Source of the DNA: Eledone cirrhosa
Taxonomy: Eukaryota
Direction: 5' to 3'
DNA length: 64,000 bases
NCBI GenBank assembly: GCA_964016885.1
Contig: OZ024741.1
Coordinates: 276,706,001-276,770,000, forward strand
Part shown: positions 63,826 through 64,000 of the stretch, one piece after another
Position numbering within the stretch: position 1 is the first letter of the stretch
How the letters are laid out: every line of letters begins with the position of its first letter
Translations under genes and position numbers: made by a program
Notes under the pieces: generated by a model
Seen by the model: the letters and a program-made list of their open reading frames with translations, nothing else
Databases searched by the model: none
Told to the model about the DNA's origin: nothing

Positions 63826-64000
63826 AAGGAGGTCTTGGAGCGACTACACCATCTGGCGCCCAACACCAGAAAGGACAACGGATATGCCTTCAGTCTTGAT
63901 GTGGTCGCCCTTTATACCTCCGTACCAGCATCCCCAGCCGTCGACCTGTTGACCGAACGAGTCCGAGCATCTAACTTACACTGCTTCGGACTCACACACA
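63826..64000 (+). pseudogene. Penelope-like RT fragment running off the window
   Basis: Manual translation KEVLERL...GYAFSLDVVALYTSVP matches PLE RT motif A (PLE1: SFDVVNLYTTIP). Confidence 0.75.

Overview
Eukaryotic, AT-rich, microsatellite-dense DNA with no recognisable host gene. The repeat and SINE content resembles a cephalopod (octopus-like) genome, which is an inference. The centre (~11.3-50.3 kb) is a ~39 kb head-to-tail array of L1/Tx1-type non-LTR retrotransposons, all on the + strand. It holds 10 ORF-bearing copies from about 6 subfamilies plus ~4 tiny 3'-UTR stubs, and every junction is a TATC or TCTG tetranucleotide tract; no copy interrupts another. One copy (A1) has both ORFs intact. 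ORF2 appears to be bracketed by splice signals: a GTAAGT donor overlaps the ORF1 stop (6 of 7 copies that retain the junction), and a pyrimidine tract plus AG lies at the ORF2 stop (9 of 10 copies). The flanks (1-9 kb, 51-64 kb) contain Penelope-like elements (RT/GIY-YIG remnants) and many short fold-back Penelope-derived insertions beside (TA)n. These carry about a dozen type-I hammerhead motifs, including a U3-A8 core variant, and a shared tail hairpin. All alignments and RNA folds were done by eye.
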